From Candidatus Eiseniibacteriota bacterium (lineage in GTDB: Bacteria > Eisenbacteria > RBG-16-71-46), in the NCBI GenBank assembly GCA_963717505.1, contig OY970342.1:2208001-2272000 (forward strand): DNA of 64,000 nucleotides, read 5' to 3'. The notes below the pieces were generated by a model. It worked only from the letters and a program-made list of their open reading frames with translations, had not been told where the DNA came from and made no database searches. Below, piece after piece: positions 1-8,808 of this stretch. The position numbers and the translations under genes were made by a program. The stretch's first letter is position 1. The number at the start of each line of letters is the position of its first letter.

Positions 1-3000
1 CGTTCGCCGCACAGCACGGTCTTGTGCTCATGCGCGACTACCCACGTATCGGCGTGACCCGTTTTCGACTGCCGGCGGGAATCTCCACCGAGCAATCAAT
101 CCAGCAATTCCGCGGCGACGATCGTGTCGTGTTCGCGCAGCCGAACTTCATCTACACCGCGAGTTCCTACCCTTCCGACACAGAACTCATTCCCCAGCAA
201 TGGGGCGTGTTCTCCACCTTCCTTCCGTCCCTGTGGCGCCCCGGAACCGGGGCCAGCGGGAAGGTGATTGCCTTCTTGGACTCTGGTGTGGAGTCGGCTC
301 ACGACGAGCTGCTAGGCGGACTCTGGACGAACGGGGCAGAGGTCGCTGGCAACAACATCGATGACGATGACAATGGATACATCGACGACATCCACGGCTG
401 GAACTTCGTTGCCGAGACGGCGAACACCGCCGACGACAACGGTCACGGCACACACGTGGTGGGCATTGCCTGCGCTCGCGCTCACAATGAAGGCATCGTC
501 GGTGTGGCACACGCAGCGACCTACCTACCGCTCAAGATTCTGAATCAATTCGGGACTGGCGTGAGCAGCGATATCGCCGCGGCCCTCGAATACGCCGCTG
601 GGGAGCAGCCCAACGTCATCAACATGAGCTTCAACGTCGCAGCCACGCCGTTGGAGCCCGATGCGGACTGCATCGTGCGCGAGCAGATCGCGACGGCCCT
701 CGAGGCTGGCTGCGTGCTAGTGGGGGCGGCGGGAAATTCGGGTGGTCTAGTGCAATTGCCGGCAGCTTTTCCGGGTGTCATTTCGGTCGGAGCTTCTACC
801 CGTTTTGGAGGCGTGTGGAGTCACTCCAGCCACGGCTTCGACCTCGATGTCGTGGCGCCGGGAGTGGACATCTACAGCACATGGCTCGGCAACACGTTCA
901 AGGCCGACAGTGGTACGTCGGAGGCCGCACCGTTCGTGAGTGGAATATGTGCACTCCTGCTGGAGCAATTCCCCGAAACAAAACCATGGGAGATGGAGCG
1001 CTACATTCGGACGCTGACTCGCAACTTGGACGGCAAGCTTCCAAGCGTCACCGGGAATCTCGACGGGTACGGGCTGGTCTCTTTCGGAACGATCTCGGAC
1101 TTCAGCAATGGCCCGCTACCCGACGCCTGGAGCCTCGACGATTTTTTCGAGTTCCTTGGTTCGGACTGGAGCGGAGAGTCGGAGGTGGCCGATGACGGGA
1201 CGACCGAGAAGCCGGATTGCGCAGACCAGATTCGGGACCTCGATGGACTTATGAATTCCTCCGGGCACGATGCCTTCGACGATGGCATGTTCAACGCGTC
1301 GGTGCCCAATCTTCCGCTGCTCCATGCGCATCTCTACGCCGGCCCGCCCCCTCCGATGAAAGTCAGGGTCGGCGTCGGCGACGTAAGCGGGAACCGCTGG
1401 GACAACGACACGCAGGTCGGGTTGCGCAGTTGGGTCGACTGGAACAGCGACAACACATTCACCGACCCGGCGGAGCGCATCTTGAGCGCGGTCTCGACTC
1501 CGCGAACATGGGGCGGAGACGACACGACGCTCGCGAGACCGTGGACGCCGAGCAATGAACACCCTCGCGGCAATCCGCTGCGCGTGCGCACACGGCTGTT
1601 CGGCCCTGGTACTACCTCGGCCCTCCCGGGCGGCATGCAAGAGTTTGGCGAGGTCGAGGACCAAGCCGTACTCAATTTCGTCGAAGATTTCGACGTGCCG
1701 GTTCCGCACCCGGTGGCGTACGCCACGTTGGGCGGGGCGTGGGGCCTGGTCAACGACAACGCGCCCAGCGCCTGCCCAGCCGTGGCCCCGCCGGTCATGC
1801 CGGATCCTCCAGTGAATCGCGGTGTGTTCAAGACGGCATTCGTGCACAAGACGTTTTGCCCGGGAAGCCAGATCGATAACCTGACTCTCCCGGAGTTGCC
1901 GGCGCCCGCGTTGGACCTACGCGAGTTGACCAAATGCTACGCGCGCGTCTGGTACGCGCACGCAATCGATCAAACTTGCATGCCCGGCGCACACGACGAC
2001 TGCAAGATCGTCCTCAAGTGCTTCGACGCCAACATGAATCCCTTACCCGACGTGACGCTGTTCGACTTTCCGGATCCGTTTTGCCCCACCGCGGGATATG
2101 CCACTGGCGAGACGCCACTGCTCGATCTTTCCCCCTACGTCGGCGGATACGCGCGGCTCGACGTCGTCCACGACGCCACCGACCTCTACGACGCACTGGC
2201 GATCGACGACGTGCGCATCTGGGGCTGGGACGACGAGGTCCCGAAACCAACGAAGATTGACGCGGCGAGCATGAACAAAGTTCGCGTAGCAACGATGTCG
2301 TGGAAACATCCACTGGAGAACGGGGCGCCGATGCCATCCGACCCGAACATTGAGCTGTATGGGGCGCGCCTCTGGACTGGCGACGATAACTGGGACACCG
2401 CCTATCGACTGACGCCGCGCGACTTCGTGCCCGGCTCGAGCTTCCCGGAAGCCGGTCCTCCAGGAGGCATGGCGACCGAATCGTTCCGGGTCCCCTCGAT
2501 CTTCGTCAACTACAAGGTCGGGTTGCGCGCCCAAGACGAGGAGGCTCTCGAGGGTTCGGACCTGCCGAAGCCATTCGCGACCGGAGGCACATTCAACCCC
2601 CTCGCCATCGCACTCAGTCCCGTGGTGGGTGGACAACCTGGCGACACGGTCAAGGTTGCCGTCATGCTCGTGAACGCCGGCAACGCCCTCGATGCGATCC
2701 TAGCCGATGCTTTCGACCGGCGCAGTTGGGCGCTGTGCCCTCATCGCTGGGCTGACGTTCTGGATCCGGGCGGTGTTTCAGTGGAGTCGCTTGAAGTGGC
2801 GATTCCTATGAGTGCGACGCCCGCGGACACCGACACTGTCTTCATCGCCACAACAAGTCTATCGGACGAGACCAAGACCGGTGGCGCGTTCGCGCTGGTG
2901 ATTGTTGGCTCAGGTGGGCCGTTGCCTAGTCCGCCTGACACTGTCGCCACGCCCGTGCCGTGCGCCAACATGTACGTGACCAACGGCATCGTGTACGACA

Positions 3001-5276
3001 CGGTTCGCAAGGGGAGCAGGATCTATGTCGGTGGTTTCTTTGAATACGTCGGCCCCCCAACGGGGAACGCCGCCGCGCTGGACGCCACGACCGCTGACCT
3101 CCTCTTCCCGAGCATGATCTCCGGCCAGGTGTACGCGGTAGAGCCGGATGGAGTGGGAGGTTGGTACATCGGCGGCATCTTCCATCATGTGGCGGGATTG
3201 CCTCGTGAAAACCTCGTGCACATCCTGGCGAACAGTACGATTGACGAATGGAATCCCGGGACGAACGGAGTCGTCAACGCCTTGAAAGTCAGTGGCGGCA
3301 GGCTCTACGTGGGAGGCAACTTCTCTCAGGTCGGCGGTCAGAATCACGCTGGTCTGGCAGCGATCGAGCTTGCGACCGGCCAGGTGACGTCGTGGGGTCC
3401 GACAACGCTAACAGGAGGCGGCATCAAAGCCATTCTCGTGCTCGGATCGAGAGTGTACGTAGGTGGCTCGTTCACAAGTATCGGCGGACGGCCATCGCAA
3501 AACCTCGCCTGGGTCGACGCAACCAGTGGCGCCGTTAACCCATGGATGCCTAATCCAAACGCTGAAGTCAATCACTTGGCATTCGGAACAAGTGGTGGCG
3601 CCACCATCTATGTATCAGGCTCATTCACTATGATCGATGGTCAGCCTCGCAACTATGTCGCAGCCTTCGCTTTTGCATCACAAAACCTAACGACCTGGAA
3701 TCCCAACCCAAATGCGATCGTCGCGACAGTACTCGTGAGTGGCTCCACGGTCTACGTCGGCGGCAATTTCGGCATTATCGGCGGCCAGCCACGGGCGGGC
3801 ATCGCCGCCCTCGATGCCGGAACGGGTGCCGCTACATCTTGGAACCCAGGCACCGACGGCACGGTGTTCGCGCTGGCGTTGAATGGAGCAACTATCTTTG
3901 CTGGCGGCCTGTTCACGACCGCCGGTGGGCAGCCCCGTCGCGGGCTTGCGGCGCTCGATGCGACTACCGGGAATGCCGAAGCGTGGGTCGCCCATGCCTC
4001 GGACGAGGTCGGCTGCCTCGCCACGGCCGGGAATTCCGTCTACGTGGGAGGTCTTTTCGGCAGCATCGGAGGCGAGAACCGGAAGAACCTCATCTCCCTT
4101 GACGCGAACACCGGACGAGTGACCAGCTGGAACCCCGATGTTAGCGGTCAGGTCGCCGCGATCGTTGTCAACGACAACACCGTCTACATCGGTGGCTTGT
4201 TCGGTTTCGTGGGCTCACAGCCCCGCAACCGCATTGCATCGATCGACGCCACGACGGGAGCGGTCAACCCCTGGAACCCGAGTGCGAACGGAGCGGTGAA
4301 CACGCTGGCGCTTGGCGGTACGACGCTCTATGCGGGCGGACTCTTCACCAGCATTGGCGGGCAGGCGCGCAACCGTCTCGCTGCGCTCAACATCGGAAGC
4401 GGGCTTGCAACGCCTTGGAACCCAAACGCCAACCTCTTCGTCAACAAGATCCAGTTGGAGGGTGAAAAGCTTTATGTCTGCGGAGCATTCACGACCATCG
4501 GCGGCCAACCCCGAAATCGCATTGCGGCGCTCATCACCAGTTCCGGAAACCCCACAGCGTGGAATCCGAACGCTAACGGCACAATCTCCACGCTAAGCAC
4601 CCTCGACGGCGATGTTTACGCTGGCGGGAGCTTCACGACCATCGGCGGCGCCGCTCGCAGATACCTGGCGGCGCTGGACAGCGCGTCCGGGAATGCACTC
4701 GTTTGGAACCCTGACCCCGACGGCCCCGTCCGTTCTCTTGCGATGCGGCCCGGGATTGTAGATGTCGGTGGAAACTTCACACAAATTGCTGGCCAAGCCC
4801 GAACTTATTTCGCCGAGCTCACTGCAAGTTCTGGACTCCCCACAGAGCGGAACCCAATCCTAGACGGACCCGTGTACGCATTGGCTGCCGATCCCTATAA
4901 CATTTTCATCGGCGGCGATTTCTACACGGTGTCCGACCTCTCCCGCAGATGCTATGCGTGCCTCAACCTCTTTCCACCTCCGGTTGGTGTCCCCCGACAG
5001 ACGTCAAAGTTCGTGCAGGCCCTCTTCAGTCGTGTTTCACCGAACCCAAGCACTAGGGGAACACGAATCGAATACGCACTGCCGCTTGCCGCCGATGTCC
5101 GTATTTGCATCTTCGACATCCAGGGCCGCACGGTGGCTCGGCTAGTCGATGAGAGGAAACAGGCGGGATCGCATTCGCTGACCTGGGATGACCCGCGATG
5201 CGGCCCGGGAGTCTATCTGGTTCACTTAGAGGCTGCGGGCATGAAGTCGACGCAGCGGCTGGTGAAGATTCGCTAG
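1..5276 (+). CDS. Secreted S8 (subtilisin-like) serine peptidase with GEVED domain, long beta-propeller-like repeat region and T9SS/FlgD-like C-terminal domain; 5'-truncated by the window edge
   Basis: Frame is open from position 3. Catalytic motifs LDSG, HGTHVVG, AAGN and SGTSEAAP; FGEVED; many WNPN(A/P)NG..V.AL...G..LY.GG.FT.IGG repeats; C-terminal PNP...IFDIQGRTVARL...GVYLVHL. Confidence 0.9.
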   Translation, partial: FAAQHGLVLMRDYPRIGVTRFRLPAGISTEQSIQQFRGDDRVVFAQPNFIYTASSYPSDTELIPQQWGVFSTFLPSLWRPGTGASGKVIAFLDSGVESAHDELLGGLWTNGAEVAGNNIDDDDNGYIDDIHGWNFVAETANTADDNGHGTHVVGIACARAHNEGIVGVAHAATYLPLKILNQFGTGVSSDIAAALEYAAGEQPNVINMSFNVAATPLEPDADCIVREQIATALEAGCVLVGAAGNSGGLVQLPAAFPGVISVGASTRFGGVWSHSSHGFDLDVVAPGVDIYSTWLGNTFKADSGTSEAAPFVSGICALLLEQFPETKPWEMERYIRTLTRNLDGKLPSVTGNLDGYGLVSFGTISDFSNGPLPDAWSLDDFFEFLGSDWSGESEVADDGTTEKPDCADQIRDLDGLMNSSGHDAFDDGMFNASVPNLPLLHAHLYAGPPPPMKVRVGVGDVSGNRWDNDTQVGLRSWVDWNSDNTFTDPAERILSAVSTPRTWGGDDTTLARPWTPSNEHPRGNPLRVRTRLFGPGTTSALPGGMQEFGEVEDQAVLNFVEDFDVPVPHPVAYATLGGAWGLVNDNAPSACPAVAPPVMPDPPVNRGVFKTAFVHKTFCPGSQIDNLTLPELPAPALDLRELTKCYARVWYAHAIDQTCMPGAHDDCKIVLKCFDANMNPLPDVTLFDFPDPFCPTAGYATGETPLLDLSPYVGGYARLDVVHDATDLYDALAIDDVRIWGWDDEVPKPTKIDAASMNKVRVATMSWKHPLENGAPMPSDPNIELYGARLWTGDDNWDTAYRLTPRDFVPGSSFPEAGPPGGMATESFRVPSIFVNYKVGLRAQDEEALEGSDLPKPFATGGTFNPLAIALSPVVGGQPGDTVKVAVMLVNAGNALDAILADAFDRRSWALCPHRWADVLDPGGVSVESLEVAIPMSATPADTDTVFIATTSLSDETKTGGAFALVIVGSGGPLPSPPDTVATPVPCANMYVTNGIVYDTVRKGSRIYVGGFFEYVGPPTGNAAALDATTADLLFPSMISGQVYAVEPDGVGGWYIGGIFHHVAGLPRENLVHILANSTIDEWNPGTNGVVNALKVSGGRLYVGGNFSQVGGQNHAGLAAIELATGQVTSWGPTTLTGGGIKAILVLGSRVYVGGSFTSIGGRPSQNLAWVDATSGAVNPWMPNPNAEVNHLAFGTSGGATIYVSGSFTMIDGQPRNYVAAFAFASQNLTTWNPNPNAIVATVLVSGSTVYVGGNFGIIGGQPRAGIAALDAGTGAATSWNPGTDGTVFALALNGATIFAGGLFTTAGGQPRRGLAALDATTGNAEAWVAHASDEVGCLATAGNSVYVGGLFGSIGGENRKNLISLDANTGRVTSWNPDVSGQVAAIVVNDNTVYIGGLFGFVGSQPRNRIASIDATTGAVNPWNPSANGAVNTLALGGTTLYAGGLFTSIGGQARNRLAALNIGSGLATPWNPNANLFVNKIQLEGEKLYVCGAFTTIGGQPRNRIAALITSSGNPTAWNPNANGTISTLSTLDGDVYAGGSFTTIGGAARRYLAALDSASGNALVWNPDPDGPVRSLAMRPGIVDVGGNFTQIAGQARTYFAELTASSGLPTERNPILDGPVYALAADPYNIFIGGDFYTVSDLSRRCYACLNLFPPPVGVPRQTSKFVQALFSRVSPNPSTRGTRIEYALPLAADVRICIFDIQGRTVARLVDERKQAGSHSLTWDDPRCGPGVYLVHLEAAGMKSTQRLVKIR

Positions 5277-5280
5277 GGGA

Positions 5281-5301
5281 CTGAGGGAGTTGGCGGTGTA
5301 G
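5281..5301 (+). repeat. Shortest copy of the DUF2779-like 3'-end repeat (CTGAGGGAGTTGG, reads LRELAV*)
   Basis: CTGAGGGAGTTGG also occurs at 5527-5539 and 7210-7222; this copy starts 4 nt after the S8 stop codon. Confidence 0.6.
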
Positions 5302-5310
5302 CGCCCCACT

Positions 5311-5559
5311 GGCAGCTTCAGCATTAAGCACGTGCTCAACCCCCTGGTGCCCGACCTGACGTACAACGACCTGGTGATCGTCGACGGGCTGGTGGCGAGC
5401 GTCGAGATCGCGCGGCTGTTGTTCGTGGCGCACAAGATACCGGTCGAGGAGCGGGACCGGTTGCGGGCGGATCTGCTGGCGTATTGCGAGCGGGACACGT
5501 GGGCGATGGTGAGGTTGATGGGGAGGCTGAGGGAGTTGGCCGGGATTTCTCAGGATTGA
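5311..5559 (+). pseudogene. 3' fragment of a DUF2779-like gene (copy A)
   Basis: GSFSIKHVLNPLVPDLTYNDL...LLAYCERDTWAMVRL resembles the C-terminus of DUF2779-family proteins; no 5' part; 229 nt nearly identical to 6994-7222. Confidence 0.75.
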
Positions 5560-5635
5560 GCTTCACCTGCAAGTCTGCGAGCAGGTCACCGAAATCCAGA
5601 CAACAAACCGGCGGCCGCAGTGGCCTATCTTTGAC

Positions 5636-5664
5636 TTGACCTCCAACGATGGCAGGCCTAGCGT
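5636..5664 (+). promoter_or_regulatory. Putative sigma70 promoter for the 5862 gene
   Basis: TTGACC-N17-TAGCGT. Confidence 0.4.
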
Positions 5665-5861
5665 CCTATGCGGCAGGGATGGGCCGCCCCCACCTTTCGT
5701 CTCCTGCCTTTGGCTCCATCGCAGATCAGTCGCGCATGGCTGATTACGACGACGGGCAGAGTGGCGCTGGCGCTCAGATGCTTGGACGCGAGCTCAAGCC
5801 AATCGTGTCGTGCATGTCTTATTGCCGCCCGGCATCTGCAGTACGCAAAGGAGTGTGACCA

Positions 5862-6731
5862 ATGTGGCCTCGTACGCGAGCAAGTTGCATGTTCCTTTTC
5901 TCACTGCTGGCCATTTCGGTGAGCCCATGTGTGAGTCAGGGAGCGGAAAAACACCGGCAATCCATCAAGAACAACACTGGCGGCGACGTGAACGACCTCA
6001 AGTTGAGGTTCACAGACGACTTGAGCAGTAAGCCGAAGTTGTGGCATACGGGTGGCGCGGTCGACGTGAACGACAACGATAGGAACGATGCCAGCGAGCG
6101 AGTGGATGCGAGTTCGCAGTCCGCCAGCAACTTTCAGGCCGATTGGGCGCAAAGCACATTTGGCCGAATTCCGAACGGCGGAATAGCAGAAGTTGACTTT
6201 GAGGGAGCGCCGGAGATAGACGCGGATCACGCCAATTCCCAGTGGACACTAGACGGCGTGAACAAGGGAGCGCCTGTGGTTGTCGGCGAGCCCATGCATA
6301 TTGCGTTCAACCTAGGTACGAGCGAAGCATCCGTGACATTTGTAAACAACGGAGCGACGGCCATTACTTACTCGGACATTCAACTGTTCAAGAACAACAG
6401 CGTTGCACAGTTTGACTTGTTGCAGTTCATGGAAGCAACTGGCACGGCTGTGTCAGCGCCGAGCACGATCGTGCTCAATCCCGGCCAAGTATCGACCATC
6501 TCGCTCGGCATTGTTCAGATTGGCTCGACCTACCAACTCGCCATCGCTCGGGTTTCCGAGAACGCCAATCCGAGTGTCTTGTACAGTCTTGTTACCGGAG
6601 CGACACCGCTCGAAGCAATGCCTGCAACGTCACGATGGGGCGTAGGTGCCCTGATGGTTCTTCTCTTGTCGTCGGGCGTTTGGATGGTTGTCATGGTGCG
6701 GAAGGCGGCTACTGATACCACGACGACGTAA
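5862..6731 (+). CDS. Secreted hypothetical protein with an IPTL-CTERM-like C-terminal sorting signal
   Basis: AAGGAG upstream; N-terminal hydrophobic signal; C-terminus MPATSRWG + TM helix + basic residues, resembling IPTLSxWG-TM-RR; many A/T-ending codons. Confidence 0.7.
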   Translation: MWPRTRASCMFLFSLLAISVSPCVSQGAEKHRQSIKNNTGGDVNDLKLRFTDDLSSKPKLWHTGGAVDVNDNDRNDASERVDASSQSASNFQADWAQSTFGRIPNGGIAEVDFEGAPEIDADHANSQWTLDGVNKGAPVVVGEPMHIAFNLGTSEASVTFVNNGATAITYSDIQLFKNNSVAQFDLLQFMEATGTAVSAPSTIVLNPGQVSTISLGIVQIGSTYQLAIARVSENANPSVLYSLVTGATPLEAMPATSRWGVGALMVLLLSSGVWMVVMVRKAATDTTTT

Positions 6732-6763
6732 CTCGTAAGCGTCTGTAGTTCAGTGTCGGTGCA

Positions 6764-7254
6764 CAATTGCTTGCCGAGGGGCCGGCCGGCCGCGTCGCAA
6801 GCTGGCGGAGGCGCTGATTGCGGCGACGCGCGAGGCGCGGAAGATCGTCACCTACTCGGCGTTCGAGAAGACGCGGATTGCCGAGCTACAGCATCTGGTG
6901 CCGGAGTTGGCTGGGCCCTTGGAAGAACTGCTGGCGAAGCTCGTGGACTTGCTGCCGGTGGTGCGGGGGCATGTGTACCACCCCGGCTTCAAGGGGAGCT
7001 TCAGCATCAAGGACGTGCTGAATCCGCTGGTGCCGGACCTGACGTACAACGACCTGGTGATTGTCGACGGGCTGGTGGCGAGTGTCGAGATCGCGCGGCT
7101 GTTGTTCGTGGCGCACAAGATACCGGTCGAGGAGCGGGACCGGCTGCGGGCGGATCTGCTGGCGTATTGCGAGCGGGATACGTGGGCGATGGTGAGGCTG
7201 ATGGGGAGGCTGAGGGAGTTGGGGGCCAATTTAGCGGGGCCGGCGAGCCCTTGA
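6764..7254 (+). pseudogene. Longer 3' fragment of a DUF2779-like gene (copy B), 5'-truncated, with a probable frameshift near 6790
   Basis: LAEGPA in one frame, then PRRKLAEALIAA...IVTYSAFEKTRIAEL...YHPGFKGSFSIKDVL...YCERDTWAMV in another. Confidence 0.75.
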
Positions 7255-7269
7255 CGGATGGACCCTTCC

Positions 7270-7287
7270 TGCGTACACATGTACGCA
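7270..7287. promoter_or_regulatory. Palindromic operator candidate abutting the start codon of the HTH-nucleotidyltransferase gene
   Basis: TGCGTAC-ACAT-GTACGCA perfect inverted repeat; TTGACG at 7251-7256. Confidence 0.55.
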
Positions 7288-7976
7288 TGAAGCGTACGCG
7301 ACGTGGCGCCGACGCCCTGTTCCCAAAGGTGAGGAAGCAGATTCTGTCTGCCCTCCTCATGAGCCCCAAGCGGTCGTGGTTCCTTAGCGACCTGGCCCGC
7401 CACCTTCGAACCCCCAAGACGAGCCTCCAACGAGAGCTCGCCAATCTCGAGGGGGCCGGCATCATCGTACGCGACGTGCAGGGTCGACAGGTTTACTACC
7501 GGGCAAATCCTTCCTGTCCGTTCCTTCCGGAACTCCAGGGGCTCTTCGCCAAGACCGCGGGGCTGGTCGACGTGATCCGGGACTCTCTCGCCAAGCTCGA
7601 TGGGCGTATCCAACTCGCCTTCTTGTACGGTTCAGTTGCCAAAGGCGAGGAAGTGACGGAGAGCGACGTCGATCTCATGGTGATCGGAAAGGTCGGTCTC
7701 GCGGATCTGGCCATGCCCATGCGGGCGGCACGCGAGCAACTGTCGCGTGATGTCTACCCAACGGTGTTCTCGCTGCAGGAATTCGTTTCGAAGGCAGGGG
7801 AGGCCGGTTTCGTTAGGACCGTGCTGGATGGCCCGAAGCTCTTCATCGTGGGAAGCGAAGATGTCCTGGAAAAAGCTCTTGGAACAGCGGCGCGTGGCTC
7901 GGCAGAAGGTCACACCGTCCGAGATAAGAACGCAGCGGGAAATCGCCGCTCGCGCACTCGCCGACGCCGTAATTGA
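7287..7976 (+). CDS. Winged-HTH + minimal nucleotidyltransferase (MNT) antitoxin-like protein
   Basis: N-terminal LSDLARHL..PKTSLQRELANLEGAGII..GRQVYYRAN; MNT motif AFLYGSVAKG..SDVDLMVIG; start taken as ATG 7287, not 6753. Confidence 0.85.
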   Translation: MKRTRRGADALFPKVRKQILSALLMSPKRSWFLSDLARHLRTPKTSLQRELANLEGAGIIVRDVQGRQVYYRANPSCPFLPELQGLFAKTAGLVDVIRDSLAKLDGRIQLAFLYGSVAKGEEVTESDVDLMVIGKVGLADLAMPMRAAREQLSRDVYPTVFSLQEFVSKAGEAGFVRTVLDGPKLFIVGSEDVLEKALGTAARGSAEGHTVRDKNAAGNRRSRTRRRRN

Positions 7977-8307
7977 GGCAGTGTCCGACGACGGGCGATT
8001 CGACCGGGCCTACGATGCAGCCAGGGCTCTGGCGACCCTGGCCATCCGCGCGTCGGGTTACCGCGTGAAGGGAACGGGCGGAGGCCACTACAATACGTTC
8101 CTGGCACTCGAGGCTGTGGATCCGGCACGATTCTCCCCGTTTTCCGCCTACTTCAACCTGTGCCGTGAGAAGCGCAATGAGCTGAACTACGTGCATGCAG
8201 GAGTGGTTTCGCGCAGCGAGCTCGACGAAATCCTGGAGCAGACGCCGCTGTTCCGGGAGGCTGTCGAGGATTGGCTCCGGGAGAAGCATCCGGAATTGGC
8301 CTCATAG
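7861..8307 (+). CDS. HEPN-like partner (putative toxin) of the MNT gene
   Basis: Overlaps the MNT gene; AYDAARALA..IRASGYRV..GGHYNTF..REKRNELNY pattern of MNT-associated HEPN-like proteins. Confidence 0.7.
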   Translation: MSWKKLLEQRRVARQKVTPSEIRTQREIAARALADAVIEAVSDDGRFDRAYDAARALATLAIRASGYRVKGTGGGHYNTFLALEAVDPARFSPFSAYFNLCREKRNELNYVHAGVVSRSELDEILEQTPLFREAVEDWLREKHPELAS

Positions 8308-8382
8308 CCCGGCGTTCGGTCGTCGGCATCGAGGTTCTTGCAGGTCCGCCAGATCACGCAGTAAGCAGGGAAAGAGGAAGAC

Positions 8383-8760
8383 ATGACCACCCAGACCGAC
8401 CTCAAACTCACGCGTGTCGGCTACCTCATGATCCCCGTCCGCGACCTCGCCCGCGCGCTCGCCTTCTACCGCGACTCGCTCGGCCTGCCGGTCCACTTCG
8501 CCAACGACGAGTTCGCGTTCCTGAATGGCGGCGGCGTGGCGCTCGCGCTCCGGCACGCGAAGGACTTCAAGGCCGAGCCCGAAACCTCGGCGATCGAGGT
8601 GGTATTCGAGGTCGAGAACATCGATGCGGCCTACGAGTCGCTACGCGCCCGCGGCGTCTCGTTCCGCATTGCTCCGAAAGAGGCGACCGGCGACAAGTTC
8701 GTTGCCGACTTCCGCGACCCGGACGGGCACGTGCTCAGCATCTTTGGGCCAAAGGCTTGA
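8383..8760 (+). CDS. VOC/glyoxalase family protein
   Basis: VRDLARALAFYRDSLGL ... FEVENIDAAYESLRARGV ... FRDPDGHVL; GAGGA RBS. Confidence 0.9.
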   Translation: MTTQTDLKLTRVGYLMIPVRDLARALAFYRDSLGLPVHFANDEFAFLNGGGVALALRHAKDFKAEPETSAIEVVFEVENIDAAYESLRARGVSFRIAPKEATGDKFVADFRDPDGHVLSIFGPKA

Positions 8761-8808
8761 TCCGCGCGAGCTAATGAAAGTGCCGCGCGGGATCCGGCGC
8801 CCCGCCGT

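Noticed and set aside
3000-4950. Recurrent TGGAA(C/T)CC motifs
   Set aside because: They encode the WNP of protein repeats in the S8 gene
5311-7222. DUF2779-like repeats as a DGR template/variable pair or as IS ends
   Set aside because: Differences are synonymous and not adenine-specific, no reverse transcriptase or transposase is seen, and the repeats are direct gene fragments
6753-7286. N-terminal extension of the 407-aa ORF (MNT fusion)
   Set aside because: Off-frame read-through of the DUF2779-like fragment; the HTH-MNT protein begins at ATG 7287
8759-8794. Hairpin between the convergent VOC and CysK-like genes
   Set aside because: Imperfect stem with no U-tract; too weak to call a terminator
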